DNA from: an uncultured cyanobacterium
Lineage (GTDB): Bacteria > Cyanobacteriota > Cyanobacteriia > CAKZMO01
Assembly (NCBI GenBank): GCA_963719515.1
Contig: CAVRCJ010000003.1
Span: 544,001-608,000 of the forward strand
Length of the DNA: 64,000 nucleotides
Direction: 5' to 3'
The notes below the pieces were generated by a model. It ran no database searches, was not told the DNA's origin, and worked only from the letters and a program-made list of their open reading frames with translations. Positions 28,273 to 39,524 of the stretch are shown piece by piece (within the stretch, counting starts at the first letter, position 1; each line of letters opens with the position of its first letter). Position numbers and translations under genes: made by a program.

Positions 28273-29634
28273 ATGGACTCCTCCTTAAATCTCTCCCCAA
28301 TCGACTATGGCCTGCTCACCGACCTGTACGAGCTGACCATGACGGCCTGCTACGTTGGGGAAGAAATTCACCAGCACCCCGCCAGCTTTGAGGTGTTTTT
28401 GCGCCGCTTGCCAGAGGACTTTGGATACCTGATCGCCGCTGGCCTAGAGCAGGTTCTAGACTACCTCACCCATCTCCACTTCAGCCCAGAGCAGCTGCAG
28501 CAGCTTCGGGACACGGGGCTGTTTGGCCGAGCGCCAGAGCAGTTTTGGTCGCTGCTAGCGGAGGCCAAGTTTACTGGGGAGGTATGGGCGGCTCCGGAGG
28601 GGACGGCCCTGTTTGCCTACGAGCCTCTACTGCGAATTGATGCCCCCCTGTGGCAGGCGCAGCTTGTAGAAACCTATTTGCTCAACACCATTAACTACCA
28701 GACCCTGGTGGCGACGAGGGCCGCGCAGCTGCGGGACGTAGCTGGTGATGACGCCACCCTGCTAGAATTTGGCAGCCGCCGCGCCTTTGGCCCCCAGGCC
28801 TCGCTCTGGGCGGCGCGGGCGGCGATCGCGGGGGGCATGGACGCCACCTCCAACGTGCTGGCGGCGCTCAAGCTAGGGCAAACCCCCAGCGGCACTATGG
28901 CCCATTCCCTGGTGATGGCCCTTTCCGCCCTAGAAGAGAGTGAGGACGCCGCCTTTACCGCCTTCCTCAAGTACTTCCCGGACTCAGCCCTACTGGTGGA
29001 CACCTACGACACCCTAGAGGCGGTGGACCGGCTGGCACAGCGGGCCAAGGCGGGCCTAGAAATTAAAGCGGTGCGGCTAGACTCAGGAGATTTAGTCGAG
29101 CTGTCTCAAGCGGTGCGATCGCGGCTGCCGGGGGTTACCATCTTGGCCAGCGGTGACCTCGACGCCCGGGAAATCGCGCGGCTGCAGGAGGCCGGAGCGG
29201 AGATTGACGGCTACGGCATCGGCACGAAGCTGGTGACGGGGCAGCCCGTCAACGGGGTTTACAAGCTGGTGAACATCAACGGCGTCCCTATCATGAAGGG
29301 GGCCACCGGCAAGACCATGCTGCCGGGACGCAAGCAGATTTTTCGGCAAGTTGACGACGGCGGGCAGCTTCAGCAGGATTGCCTGGGGCTAGCGGACGAC
29401 GATCCCGCTAAGTTCGGAACCCCGCTGCTAGGCTGCGTCATGCGGCAGGGAGAACGTCTAATCTCCCCTGAACCGCTCAGCCAAATTGCGGCCAGAACCC
29501 GGCAGTCAGTGCGATCGCTGCCGGAGCAGGTGCGCTATCCCTCCCGCCCCGGCACCTGCTCCCCCATCATTTCTGAGGCGCTTCAGGATGTGGCGCAGCG
29601 CACCCGCAGCAAAATCCAGTCTCTAGACCGCTGA
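28273..29634 (+). CDS. pncB: Nicotinate phosphoribosyltransferase
   Basis: LLTDLYELTM, EFGSRR, GTMAHS, LVDTYD, VRLDSGD, ASGDLD, GIGTKL. Confidence 0.95.
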   Translation: MDSSLNLSPIDYGLLTDLYELTMTACYVGEEIHQHPASFEVFLRRLPEDFGYLIAAGLEQVLDYLTHLHFSPEQLQQLRDTGLFGRAPEQFWSLLAEAKFTGEVWAAPEGTALFAYEPLLRIDAPLWQAQLVETYLLNTINYQTLVATRAAQLRDVAGDDATLLEFGSRRAFGPQASLWAARAAIAGGMDATSNVLAALKLGQTPSGTMAHSLVMALSALEESEDAAFTAFLKYFPDSALLVDTYDTLEAVDRLAQRAKAGLEIKAVRLDSGDLVELSQAVRSRLPGVTILASGDLDAREIARLQEAGAEIDGYGIGTKLVTGQPVNGVYKLVNINGVPIMKGATGKTMLPGRKQIFRQVDDGGQLQQDCLGLADDDPAKFGTPLLGCVMRQGERLISPEPLSQIAARTRQSVRSLPEQVRYPSRPGTCSPIISEALQDVAQRTRSKIQSLDR

Positions 29635-29741
29635 GTCCAAGCAGCTGCGCCCAAATCGGGCAAGTCCAATCGGCTAAGTTCAATCGGCTAAGTCAGTCTG
29701 CCCATTCTTCCCTTCCCCTTACCCTCTCCTAGCATTGCCCT

Positions 29742-30347
29742 ATGACTTCGATTGCCCTGTTTGGTACTAGCGCTGACCCCCCGACCGCAGGCCATCAGCA
29801 AATTCTTGGCTGGCTGTCGCATCGGTTTGACCGGGTGCTGGTTTGGGCCTCCGACAACCCGTTTAAGCACCACCAAACCCCCATCGAGCACCGGGCCTCC
29901 ATGCTGCGGCTGCTGATTGACGACCTCGACCCCCACCGCTCTAACATTCACTGCGACCAAGGGCTCAGCAACTCCAGAACGCTGGTTACCGTAGCGCGAT
30001 CGCGGCAGCGCTACCCCGAAGCAGACTTGACCCTGGTGGTCGGCTCCGACCTGCTTGACCAGCTGCACAGCTGGTATCGAGTTGACGATCTGCTGAGCCA
30101 GGTGCAGCTGCTGGTTGTGCCTCGTCCGGGCTATCCCGTGCGCTCAGCGCCTCTGGCTCAGCTGCGCCGGATGGGGGCGATCGTTGAGCTGGCGGACCTG
30201 ACGGGGCTGCCGGTGTCCTCCTCGGCCTACCGCGAAGCAGGGGATCTGACGGCCATTACGCCTCCGGTCAAGGCCTATATCCACCGAGAACATTTGTACA
30301 CATGTCAACAGCCCAAGGTCAAGCCAAACCCGCAGACGTTTGCGTGA
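29742..30347 (+). CDS. nadD: Nicotinate-nucleotide adenylyltransferase
   Basis: FGTSADPPTAGH, NPFK, VGSDL, VSSSAYR. Confidence 0.93.
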   Translation: MTSIALFGTSADPPTAGHQQILGWLSHRFDRVLVWASDNPFKHHQTPIEHRASMLRLLIDDLDPHRSNIHCDQGLSNSRTLVTVARSRQRYPEADLTLVVGSDLLDQLHSWYRVDDLLSQVQLLVVPRPGYPVRSAPLAQLRRMGAIVELADLTGLPVSSSAYREAGDLTAITPPVKAYIHREHLYTCQQPKVKPNPQTFA

Positions 30348-31027
30348 GTGTCGAGAGCGTCATCTTCTCTGTGGATATCGCTCAAGGTCGACTGCTGGTG
30401 CTGCTCGTCATGCGACAAGAGCCGCCCTACTGCGGGCGGTGGAGCCTGCCGGGGACGCTGGTTTTGGGGAACGAATCCCTGGAGGCGGCGGCGTACCGGG
30501 TGCTGTCTGAGACAATTCGAGTGGATAACCTATACCTAGAGCAGCTCTACACCTTTGGCGGCCCCGAGCGCGACCCGAGGGAAGCTGCGGGGCGTCGCTA
30601 CCTGTCGGTGAGCTATTTTGCGCTAGTGCGGTTTGCGGAAGCGGAGCTGGTTGTCCCTGACAGCAAGGCCGACAGCAGCGCCATCGCCTGGCACCCACTC
30701 GACCAGGTGCCCAACCTAGCTTTCGACCACAGCGAAATCCTCCGCTACGGCGATCGCCGCCTGCGCAACAAGCTCGAATATAGCCCCATTGCCTTTGACG
30801 TGCTGCCGGAGACGTTTACCCTAGGGGACCTCTATCAGCTCTACTGCACGGTGCTGGGGGACCAGTTTTCTGACTACTCAAACTTCCGCGCCCGCCTGCT
30901 CAAGCTAGGGTTTTTGACCGATACGGGGATCAAGGTCTCTCGGGGGGCGGGCAGGCCCGCGAGCCTGTATCGGTTCGACTCGGAAAAGTTTGCCCCTTTC
31001 AAAGGCAAGCCGCTGGTGTTTGTCTAA
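30302..31027 (+). CDS. nrtR: Nudix-related transcriptional regulator
   Basis: Degenerate Nudix box, YLEQLYTFG..RDPR, LAFDH, C-terminal wHTH (FTLGDL...NFR...GRPASLYRF). Confidence 0.9.
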   Translation: MSTAQGQAKPADVCVSVESVIFSVDIAQGRLLVLLVMRQEPPYCGRWSLPGTLVLGNESLEAAAYRVLSETIRVDNLYLEQLYTFGGPERDPREAAGRRYLSVSYFALVRFAEAELVVPDSKADSSAIAWHPLDQVPNLAFDHSEILRYGDRRLRNKLEYSPIAFDVLPETFTLGDLYQLYCTVLGDQFSDYSNFRARLLKLGFLTDTGIKVSRGAGRPASLYRFDSEKFAPFKGKPLVFV

Positions 31028-31069
31028 TGCAGCATCAACCCCAACAGTGTTTCACGACAGTTTGACCTT

Positions 31070-32770
31070 ATGAAAATTGCAATCGCTCAGCTCAACCCCA
31101 TCATTGGCGACCTGCCGGGTAACGCAGAGAAAATTGTGGCGGCGGCGCGGCAGGCGGCGGCAGCGGGGGCCCAACTCTTGCTCACCCCCGAGATGTCAAT
31201 TTCAGGCTACCCGCCGCGAGACCTGCTGCTGCGTCCGGGCTTTGTGAGCGCCATGGCCCAGCAGGTCGAGGAACTGGCGGCGCGGCTTCCGGCAGACCTG
31301 TTTACGCTGGTGGGCTATGCCCAGCCCAACCCTCTAGCCGACAAGCAGGGAGAAAAGCCGCTGTTCAACAGTCTGGCGCTGCTGCACCACGGCCAAAATC
31401 AAGCCCAATTCCACAAGCGGCTGCTGCCCACCTACGACGTGTTCGACGACAAGCGCTACTTTGCCCCCGGTCCGGGCCACAACCTACTCGAAATTGACGG
31501 CGTCAAAATTGGCATCACCATCTGCGAAGACGTCTGGAACGACGAAGAATTTTGGGGGCGGCGCAGCTACACCCTCAATCCCCTGGCAGATTTGGTCAGC
31601 CAGGGCGCTCAGCTGATCGTCAACGTCTCGGGGTCGCCCTACAGCCTCGGGAAGCAGCGACTGCGGGAGGAGATGCTCACCCACGCCGCCGCGCGGCACG
31701 GCGTCCCGGTGCTCTACGTGAATCAGGTGGGGGGAAATGACGATCTGGTTTTTGACGGCAGCAGCGTGGGCGTCAACCCTAGCGGCGTCGTTTGTCGGGC
31801 CAAGTCGTTCGAGCCAGACTTTTTGGCGGCCGAGTTTGACGCTAAAGCCGGGAGCCTCAAGCCGGGACCGGTCTATCCTCTGGCTGACAGCGACGCGGCT
31901 GAGCTGTGGGAAGCGCTGGTGCTGGGGGTGAAGGACTACGCGGGCAAGTGCGGCTTCTCGAAAGTGCTGCTGGGGCTGAGCGGCGGCGTGGACTCGGCCC
32001 TTGTGGCGGCGATCGCGGCGGCGGCGTTGGGCCCAGAGAACGTGCTGGGGGTGCTGATGCCCTCGCCCTACAGCTCGGGCCATTCGATTAGCGACGCCGA
32101 GCAGCTGGCCCAAACCCTGGGCATCCGCACCGAGACGCTGCCCATTGAGACGCTGATGCAGGGCTACGACAAGACGCTGGATGGACTGTTTGCGGGTAGC
32201 GAGTTTGGCGTGGCGGAGGAGAATTTGCAGTCCCGAATTCGGGGCAATCTGCTGATGGCGCTGTCGAACAAGTTCGGCCATTTGCTGCTGACCACGGGCA
32301 ATAAGTCGGAGATGGCGGTGGGCTACTGCACGCTGTATGGCGATATGAATGGGGGGCTGGCGGTGATTGCGGATGTGCCTAAGACGAAGGTTTACGATAT
32401 TTGCCGCTGGCTGAATGAGCATGAAGGTAAGCCTTTAGGGCAGCTTGTGTCTCAGGGGAAAGAGATTGTGCCCATCGCAATTATTGAGAAAGCGCCGAGC
32501 GCGGAGCTAAAGCCAGGGCAGGTGGACCAGGATTCGCTGCCCAGCTATGAGGTGCTGGACGATATTTTGGATCGCCTTCTGATTCACCATCAGCCTGTGG
32601 AGGCGGTGGAGGCGGCGGGGCATCCCCGTGAGGTGGTGGACCGGGTGATTAAGCTTTTGACGCGGGCGGAGTTTAAGCGGCGGCAGGCGGCACCGGGGCT
32701 GAAGGTGACGGACCGGGCGTTTGGGACGGGGTGGCGGATGCCGATCGCCAGCCGGGTGGTTTATCGGTGA
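31070..32770 (+). CDS. nadE: Glutamine-dependent NAD+ synthetase
   Basis: Nitrilase domain (PE...GYPP, K..LPTYDVFD, ICEDVW) plus GLSGGVDS, ENLQSRIRG, TGNKSE, PSAEL. Confidence 0.97.
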   Translation: MKIAIAQLNPIIGDLPGNAEKIVAAARQAAAAGAQLLLTPEMSISGYPPRDLLLRPGFVSAMAQQVEELAARLPADLFTLVGYAQPNPLADKQGEKPLFNSLALLHHGQNQAQFHKRLLPTYDVFDDKRYFAPGPGHNLLEIDGVKIGITICEDVWNDEEFWGRRSYTLNPLADLVSQGAQLIVNVSGSPYSLGKQRLREEMLTHAAARHGVPVLYVNQVGGNDDLVFDGSSVGVNPSGVVCRAKSFEPDFLAAEFDAKAGSLKPGPVYPLADSDAAELWEALVLGVKDYAGKCGFSKVLLGLSGGVDSALVAAIAAAALGPENVLGVLMPSPYSSGHSISDAEQLAQTLGIRTETLPIETLMQGYDKTLDGLFAGSEFGVAEENLQSRIRGNLLMALSNKFGHLLLTTGNKSEMAVGYCTLYGDMNGGLAVIADVPKTKVYDICRWLNEHEGKPLGQLVSQGKEIVPIAIIEKAPSAELKPGQVDQDSLPSYEVLDDILDRLLIHHQPVEAVEAAGHPREVVDRVIKLLTRAEFKRRQAAPGLKVTDRAFGTGWRMPIASRVVYR

Positions 32771-32856
32771 CGTTGGGTGATTGAGACTCGGCGGCGATGA
32801 TTTTGGTTAACTGTTGTCTTCTTGTCTCCAGACGCAGCCTTGTAGGACATTTGCGC

Positions 32857-32915
32857 GTTCAGTTGCTTACGCAACGTCAGGCTTTAGCCAATTCTGATGT
32901 CCTAAGCAACTGAAC
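32857..32915. repeat. Short inverted-repeat element
   Basis: GTTCAGTTGCTTA...TAAGCAACTGAAC, 13-bp perfect arms. Confidence 0.6.
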
Positions 32916-33212
32916 CAATGCAATAGTGCGATCGCTGTCTATGGCAGTGTGTCCCTGTAAATCTGGTTTATAGTCAACTGCTATGCGATTCAACGCGTTA
33001 CTGCCTCCAGCGTCACCGTTAGCGGTCAAGTTATTGGCTCTATTGGGCGTGGCCTCAACGTGCTAGTGGGCATCGCCAGCACCGACACCGACGCTGAGCT
33101 GCAGTGGATGGCCCGCAAATGTCTAGAGCTGCGGCTGTTTCCTAGTGAAGATAGCGATCGCTTCGACTGCTCTGTACAAGATATCAATGGCGAGCTGCTG
33201 ATAATCAGCCAA

Positions 33213-34578
33213 ATGAACTACACCTAACCGCTACGCTGAGCTAGGTGTTTCGTGCGCTTCATTGCCCCTAGTTGCCTCATGCTTCCGCAGTTGGTAGAGC
33301 TAGGCGGCTCAGCGCTTGCGAGGGAAGATTCCTGCCCCCGTGCCCAGATCAGATTGACCTGAGCAGCATTGGTATCGCGGTCTTCGGTATGGCCGCAGTG
33401 TTGGCATCGGTGGATACGGTCGCTCAACGTCTTGGGCGTCAGCTCCCAGCACTGAGCGCAGCGCTGGGACGGCTTGAGCTGCCGGGTAGGAGACTCCAGA
33501 TAGAATCCGCCCGCCTCAGCTTCCTTGTAGGACAGCAGCGGTCTAACCCTTGCAAACCCCACCGACAGGATTGAGCGATTGAGACCGGCCTTTTGACGTT
33601 TCCGCTTGCCTTTGCGGGCCTTGCGGGTCATGCCCTTGACGTTAAGCTGCTCTCCGGCGACTAGGCTATTACGGCTAACTATGTTGCTGGTGAGCTTGTG
33701 CAACCAATCCGCTCGCTGGTTGGCTACCTTGCGTTGAATCTTGGAAACTTTGCGTCTGGCTTTGCGCCAGCGGTTAGAGGCTTTGACGCCCTGCTTGCGG
33801 TTGGGCCTGCGTTTGCGGCGCAGCACCTTGCAGGCCTGCTTAACCGCGACGTCGCCCGCTTTGATGAACTCAGGCTTTTCCTCTTTGGTGCCGTCTGAGA
33901 ACGACACCGCATTAGTGCAGCCTAAGTCTATCCCGACAGCACCGCCAGCGGTTTGGCGCTCTGGGCTGCACGCCACGGTGATGGAGGCGTACCACTTCCC
34001 TTCACTTGGCCGGTAGACAATCGTGCAGGTTGTCGGTCTCCCCCAGGTACGAGCTTGTCCTCGCATCCGAATCTTGCCCAAGTTTGATAGCTGCAGGCAA
34101 CCATTGATGCCATCGCTTAGCGCCTTCCAGCCAGAACCGCACGGATAGGTCCAGCCAGAGAACAGCCGTATCGACTTGAACTTGGGATACTTCCCTAGCC
34201 CTTTGAAGAACCGCTGAAACGCAAAGTCTACTCCCTTGACCGTAGCCTGCAAAGCATGACTGCCCAAAGCTTTGTACTCTGGCCAGCACTCCTTGAATGC
34301 AGGTAGCAGGTTTTGCTGGTCGATGTAGCCCACAGACTGCCCGTGCTGTTTGTAGCTGGTGCGGCGGTGCTCTATGCAGGCGTTGTACAGGTAGGCATGA
34401 AGACGCCGCCACTCGAACAGCATCGCCCCTTGCTGGGTCGTCGGGTAGAGCCTATACGTTACACGGCGTGTTGCCATAACTCGATGTATGCACTGAGACA
34501 ATCGTACTATGTTCGCTACGCTCACGCGCTATCCTTCCCTAATCCGCTTCGCTGAGATTAGGGACTGCCGCGATTCTG
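33213..34578 (-). mobile_element. IS200/IS605-family element, tnpB only (IS1341-like), 1366 bp, no target duplication
   Basis: Left-end hairpin 34536-34564, right-end hairpin 33221-33247 then GTAGTTCAT; removing the element restores CAA|TTC (Q|F) of dtd. Confidence 0.93.
33224..34477 (-). CDS. tnpB: TnpB RNA-guided endonuclease
   Basis: TYRLYPT N-terminus, RuvC GIDLG / AGEQL / DRDTNAA, zinc finger CAQC...CQHC. Confidence 0.95.
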   Translation of the reverse strand: MATRRVTYRLYPTTQQGAMLFEWRRLHAYLYNACIEHRRTSYKQHGQSVGYIDQQNLLPAFKECWPEYKALGSHALQATVKGVDFAFQRFFKGLGKYPKFKSIRLFSGWTYPCGSGWKALSDGINGCLQLSNLGKIRMRGQARTWGRPTTCTIVYRPSEGKWYASITVACSPERQTAGGAVGIDLGCTNAVSFSDGTKEEKPEFIKAGDVAVKQACKVLRRKRRPNRKQGVKASNRWRKARRKVSKIQRKVANQRADWLHKLTSNIVSRNSLVAGEQLNVKGMTRKARKGKRKRQKAGLNRSILSVGFARVRPLLSYKEAEAGGFYLESPTRQLKPSQRCAQCWELTPKTLSDRIHRCQHCGHTEDRDTNAAQVNLIWARGQESSLASAEPPSSTNCGSMRQLGAMKRTKHLAQRSG

Positions 34579-34821
34579 TTCACGCTGTACGGCGACTGCC
34601 GTAAGGGACGCCGCCCGTCGTTCGACCAAGCCGCTGCCCCGGCGATCGCTGAGGTTCAGTACGACAAGTTTGTAGCGCTGCTGCGGGAGAGTGGCCTGCA
34701 GGTGAAGACAGGTAGGTTTGGAGCCAGCATGCAGGTCAGTATTACAAACGATGCTCCAGTGACTATTATTCTGGAGCGCTAGCGCACTGTTGCACTGTAG
34801 AGGCTGAACTCCTGAATCAGT

Positions 34822-34847
34822 AAAACGGGGACCTACGAAGGTCCCCG
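34822..34847 (-). terminator. Terminator of glsF
   Basis: CGGGGACCT-ACGA-AGGTCCCCG with an A run on the + strand side. Confidence 0.7.
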
Positions 34848-34871
34848 GAATCAGCGTCGGCGCAGTAGCCG

Positions 34872-37800
34872 CTAGCTGACCGTCGTCAGCAGCTTGTCAT
34901 CTACAGCGCTTGCCGTCGCTTCTACGCCATCAGCTTCAGACGGCGGCACTACCTGCCAAAAGCGCGGCAGCATCTCCGACCACTGGTCTAGAATTTGCTG
35001 CGCTTTCTGGCTGCCGGTACGCTCTACATGAGCCTCAATCAGAGACTTGAGCTGCTTTTCGCCTGCCGCCGTCTGCACACGCTGAATTGAAACGATCTCC
35101 GGATTCATTTTCTCCGGCAGGCTCCCTTCCTCATCTAAGAAGTAGGCTAGTCCGCCGGTCATGCCGGCGCCGATGTTGCGTCCCGCGCGGCCAAGCACCA
35201 CCACGACACCGCCAGTCATGTACTCGCAGCAGTGGTCGCCTGCGCCCTCAATTACCGCACGTCCCTTGGAGTTGCGCACCGCGAATCGCTCCCCAGCCTG
35301 GCCGTTGGCGTACAGGGTACCCCCTGTCGCACCATAGAGGCAGGTGTTGCCGATGATCACGTTTTGGGACGGGTCATAGGCCGCTTCGGGCAAAGGCTTG
35401 ACGATAATTTCGCCGCCGTGCATACCCTTACCCACGTAGTCATTGGACTCCCCTTCCAGGTGCAGCGTCATGCCTGGGAGGCAGAAGGCCCCAAAGCTCT
35501 GACCAGCGCTGCCCTTAAAGTTCAGGGTGATTTGACCCGTAAAGCCCCGGTTGCCGTGCGCCTTCGCGATCGCCCCCGACAGCCGCCCGCCAACAGAGCG
35601 GTCAGTGCTGACGATATCCACCGCTTTAGTGACATCGCCATGAGTCTTAATCGCGGCGGTAATCTCAGGGTCGCCAAGGATGTCGTCATCCAGCACCGGG
35701 CCGTTGCTGTGCACGCTTTCGTGCTTTAGCCAGCTCCGGTTCTCCCGCACATCGGGCAGCGCCAGCAGGCAGTCTAAGTTGAGCACAGCGGTCTTGGTGA
35801 GCTTGGCATCGTCGCGCACTTTCAGCAGGTCCGTTCGGCCCACAATATCGTTCAGCGAGCGATAGCCCAGCCGCGCCAGCAGCGATCGCGTCTCTTCAGC
35901 AATGAAGTAGAAGAAATTGACCACATGCTCGGGAACGCCCGTGAAGCGCTTACGCAGCTTCTCCTGCTGGGTCGCAACGCCCACAGGGCAATTGTTGGTG
36001 TGACAGATGCGGGCCATAATACAGCCCTCGGCAATCATAGCGATAGACCCAAAGCCGTACTCTTCAGCGCCCATCAGCGCTGCCATAATCACGTCCCAGC
36101 CCGCTTTGAGGCCGCCGTCAGCCCGCAGCAAGACGCGATCGCGCAGGCCGTTGTTCAGCAGAACGCGGTGCACTTCCGTGACCCCCAGCTCCCAGGGCAC
36201 CCCGGCATGCTTAATAGAGCTGAGAGGAGACGCCCCCGTACCGCCGTCATGGCCAGAGATTTGAATCACGTCGGCGTTGGCTTTCGCCACTCCCGCCGCG
36301 ATGGTGCCGATGCCAATTTCTGCTACCAGCTTCACCGAGACCTTGGCGTTGGGGTTAATCTGGTGCAGATCAAAGATGAGCTGAGCTAGATCCTCAATGG
36401 AATAGATGTCATGGTGGGGGGGCGGTGAAATCAGGGTGACCCCAGGCTTAGAGAGCCGCAGTTGGGCGATGTAGGGGCTCACCTTACGTCCAGGGAGCTG
36501 CCCCCCTTCACCGGGCTTCGCGCCCTGAGCCATTTTGATTTCAATCTGTCTGGCGCTCATCAGGTACTCCGGCGTGACGCCGAAGCGGCCCGAGGCTACC
36601 TGCTTGATGGCCGAACTGGCGGTATCGCCGTTGCGCAGTCCCTTCAGGTGAGGCATGCTTTGGGACTGACCCTGGTCATCCACGTCGTTCATCACCTTAA
36701 AGCGGATGTCGTCTTCTCCCCCCTCACCGGAGTTAGACTTGCCGCCGATGCGGTTCATGGCCACAGCCAAGGTCTCGTGGGCCTCGCGAGACAGGGACCC
36801 CAGAGACATGCCGCCTGTGCAGAAGCGCTTGACGATGTCTTCCACTGATTCCACCTCGTCTACCGAGATGGGCTCGCGATCGCTCTGGAAGTCCAGCAGA
36901 TCCCGCAGCGCGGTTAGGGGGCGGCTGCCAATCTGCTGCTTGTAGACCTCGTAGTGGTCATGGTCTTTGTCGGCCACCGCCTTATGCAGCGCCTTCACCA
37001 GCTCAGGGCTGTTCATGTGGTATTCGCCGCCGGGCTTGTACTGCACAAAGCCGAAATTCTGCAGCTTCTTGGCGATTTCGGGGTAGGCCCGCTCGTGGAT
37101 GGCGATTACCTCCTGGGCTAAATCCCAGGTGCTGAGCCCCCCGACGCGCGAGACCGTGCCCTTGAATGCCGTCTGCAGCAGATCTGGCCCGATGCCGATG
37201 GCCTCAAAAATTTGAGCGCCGTGGTAGCTGGACAGTAGCGATATGCCCATCTTGGACAAGATTTTCAACAGGCCTGCCTCAACCCCTTTGCGGTAGTTGG
37301 CTTGGGCCTGAATGATGGAAATCTTCTCTAAGCGGCCTTTCTCCATTTGGTTTTGGATTTTAGTGCTGCTCCACCAGTGGCGTACCGTCTCTAGAGCGAG
37401 ATAGGGGCAAACCGCGCTAGCGCCGTAGCCCATTAGGCAGGCAAAATGATGCGTGCTCCAGCACTGGGCGGTATCGATGACCAGCGATGCCTTCATCCGC
37501 AGATTGGCAGTGATTAGGTGGTGGTGCACCGCACCGGTTACCAGCAGAGGCGGCAGCAGGCTGTAGCCCTTATCGGTGCCGCCCACCTCGCCGTCGGGGT
37601 GGAGGCGATCGCTCAGCACTAGGATCTGAGCGCCGTTCTGCACCGCTTCAGCGGCGGACTGACACAGATTGGCGATCGCCCGCTTAAATCCCTCAGGGCC
37701 GTCGTCAATTTTAAACAGCGTAGACAGCTCGGCAACGCCAAAGCCAGAGTCTCTGATTGCCGTCAGCTCCCCATCGTTGAGCACGGGTGAGCCAAGCTTG

Positions 37801-39524
37801 ATTTGGCGGGCGTACTCGGGCTTCTCCTCCAGCAGGTTGCCCCGCGCGCCGAGCCGCATTGCCAGAGACATCACCAGGCTCTCCCGCAGGGGGTCGATGG
37901 GGGGATTGGTCACCTGGGCAAAGCGCTGCTTGAAGTAGTCGTACAGCAGGCGCGGCTTATCGGAGAGCACCGCCAGCGGAATGTCGTCGCCCATGCAAAA
38001 CGTGGGCTCTTTCCCCTGGGAGGCCATCGCTTCGATGATCATCTCCACATCTTCAGTGGTATAGCCGAAGGAGGCCTGCTGGCGCAGTAGCGTGTCAGCG
38101 TCAAGCTGAGCTTCACCTTGAAAGTCCTGGGGCTGAATTTCATGGCGGTGGGCCTTGAGCCATTCGCCATAGGGCTGCTGGCTGGCCACCCGCTGCTTGA
38201 TGTCCCAGTTGCGCAGCACCTCGTGGCGCTCTAGGTCCACCGCAATCATCTCGCCAGGGGCCAGGCGACCTTTTTCCACGACCTCCGCCTCAGACACGGG
38301 GACTACGCCCGCTTCTGACGCCACAATGATGCAGCCGTCCTGAGTGATGCAGTAGCGGGCCGGACGCAGCCCGTTGCGGTCTAGCGCTGCCCCCACGGTT
38401 TTGCCGTCGCTGAACACCAGCAGGGCAGGGCCGTCCCAGGGCTCCTGAATACCGCCATAGTACTCGTAGAAGTCCACGATTTCAGGATGGTCCTTCAGAG
38501 CGGGCTGGCTCTTGTACGCTTCTGGTACCATCACCGTCACCGCCCCCATAGGGCTGCGGCCCGAGTGCACCAGCAGCTCCAGCACGTTGTCCAAGCTGGC
38601 AGAGTCGCTGTTTTCTGGCCGGACAATGGGCTTAATGGTATCAAAGCGATCGCCCCAAACCTCATGGGAGAGATCGGCTTCCCGCGCCATCATCCAGTTG
38701 ACGTTGCCCAGCAGCGTGTTGATTTCGCCGTTGTGGCCCAGCATCCGCATCGGCTGAGCCAAAGGCCAGCGGGGCAGGGTGTTGGTGCTGAAGCGACGGT
38801 GGTAGAAGGCGAAAGGACTCTCGTAGTCTTCATCTTTGAAGTCGAGGTAAAATTCCCCCAGCACCGCTGAGCGCACCATCCCCTTGTACGTTATGGTGCG
38901 GCCCGATAGAGAGCAGATGTAAAAGTCTTCTAGGGCAGCCGTCTCTGCGTCAGAGAGCTGACCGGACGCCAGCACTTCGACCACTCGGTTATCCAGCTGG
39001 CGGCGTAGCAAATACAGCTCCCGCTCTAGCTCATCCCCCTCAAGAGCGGACTGGAGAACAATCTGCTCAATCTGGGGTTGATTCTCTCGGGCCTGTGGTC
39101 CCAGCACGGACGGATCAACCGGCACTTCACGCCAGCCTAATCCGGTAAAAACCGACTTGGCCACCTCTTGCTCGATCAGCTGTTTTGCTACGTTTGCAGT
39201 ATTCCCCTGGGGCAAGAACACCATTCCCACGGCCAGCGACTGGTCTGTCGTGACGCCAGCCGCAGCCATCCAAGCTTGAATAATCTTCCAGGGAATTGCG
39301 GTCATGATACCCGCGCCGTCTCCAGAGTCTTGGTCGGCGCTACAGCCGCCTCGGTGCTCCATGCAGGTTAGGGCACCTAGCGACTTCTGAACTAGCGATC
39401 GCGACGCTCGGCCATACTGGTCGGCGATAAATCCAACACCGCACGCATCACGCTCTTCTACGAGCCATCGTTGTCCCGGATGCAATGAATCTTGCCCTCG
39501 GTGCGACTGCGTCTTGATATCCAT
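34872..39524 (-). CDS. glsF: Ferredoxin-dependent glutamate synthase
   Basis: ERDACGVGF Ntn cysteine, [38 protein letters not shown]; no adjacent gltD. Confidence 0.95.
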   Translation of the reverse strand: MDIKTQSHRGQDSLHPGQRWLVEERDACGVGFIADQYGRASRSLVQKSLGALTCMEHRGGCSADQDSGDGAGIMTAIPWKIIQAWMAAAGVTTDQSLAVGMVFLPQGNTANVAKQLIEQEVAKSVFTGLGWREVPVDPSVLGPQARENQPQIEQIVLQSALEGDELERELYLLRRQLDNRVVEVLASGQLSDAETAALEDFYICSLSGRTITYKGMVRSAVLGEFYLDFKDEDYESPFAFYHRRFSTNTLPRWPLAQPMRMLGHNGEINTLLGNVNWMMAREADLSHEVWGDRFDTIKPIVRPENSDSASLDNVLELLVHSGRSPMGAVTVMVPEAYKSQPALKDHPEIVDFYEYYGGIQEPWDGPALLVFSDGKTVGAALDRNGLRPARYCITQDGCIIVASEAGVVPVSEAEVVEKGRLAPGEMIAVDLERHEVLRNWDIKQRVASQQPYGEWLKAHRHEIQPQDFQGEAQLDADTLLRQQASFGYTTEDVEMIIEAMASQGKEPTFCMGDDIPLAVLSDKPRLLYDYFKQRFAQVTNPPIDPLRESLVMSLAMRLGARGNLLEEKPEYARQIKLGSPVLNDGELTAIRDSGFGVAELSTLFKIDDGPEGFKRAIANLCQSAAEAVQNGAQILVLSDRLHPDGEVGGTDKGYSLLPPLLVTGAVHHHLITANLRMKASLVIDTAQCWSTHHFACLMGYGASAVCPYLALETVRHWWSSTKIQNQMEKGRLEKISIIQAQANYRKGVEAGLLKILSKMGISLLSSYHGAQIFEAIGIGPDLLQTAFKGTVSRVGGLSTWDLAQEVIAIHERAYPEIAKKLQNFGFVQYKPGGEYHMNSPELVKALHKAVADKDHDHYEVYKQQIGSRPLTALRDLLDFQSDREPISVDEVESVEDIVKRFCTGGMSLGSLSREAHETLAVAMNRIGGKSNSGEGGEDDIRFKVMNDVDDQGQSQSMPHLKGLRNGDTASSAIKQVASGRFGVTPEYLMSARQIEIKMAQGAKPGEGGQLPGRKVSPYIAQLRLSKPGVTLISPPPHHDIYSIEDLAQLIFDLHQINPNAKVSVKLVAEIGIGTIAAGVAKANADVIQISGHDGGTGASPLSSIKHAGVPWELGVTEVHRVLLNNGLRDRVLLRADGGLKAGWDVIMAALMGAEEYGFGSIAMIAEGCIMARICHTNNCPVGVATQQEKLRKRFTGVPEHVVNFFYFIAEETRSLLARLGYRSLNDIVGRTDLLKVRDDAKLTKTAVLNLDCLLALPDVRENRSWLKHESVHSNGPVLDDDILGDPEITAAIKTHGDVTKAVDIVSTDRSVGGRLSGAIAKAHGNRGFTGQITLNFKGSAGQSFGAFCLPGMTLHLEGESNDYVGKGMHGGEIIVKPLPEAAYDPSQNVIIGNTCLYGATGGTLYANGQAGERFAVRNSKGRAVIEGAGDHCCEYMTGGVVVVLGRAGRNIGAGMTGGLAYFLDEEGSLPEKMNPEIVSIQRVQTAAGEKQLKSLIEAHVERTGSQKAQQILDQWSEMLPRFWQVVPPSEADGVEATASAVDDKLLTTVS

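Larger units (their letters stand above)
32983..34782 (+). pseudogene. dtd: D-aminoacyl-tRNA deacylase interrupted by an IS605-family element
   Basis: IQRVTASSV...LRLF...ELLIISQ (32988-33212) joins [15 protein letters not shown]...[19 protein letters not shown] (34579-34782); the ATG at 32983 is out of frame. Confidence 0.92.

Noticed and set aside
29663..29695. Two 14-bp tandem repeats between pncB and nadD
   Set aside because: Simple local duplication with no sign of function
31484..32422. 312-aa antisense ORF, and similar ones within glsF, fusA and lptC
   Set aside because: Antisense shadows of GC-rich genes
33213..34578. IStron (self-splicing intron-IS) that would rescue dtd
   Set aside because: The element is antisense to dtd, has no room for a group I core, and dtd has other lesions
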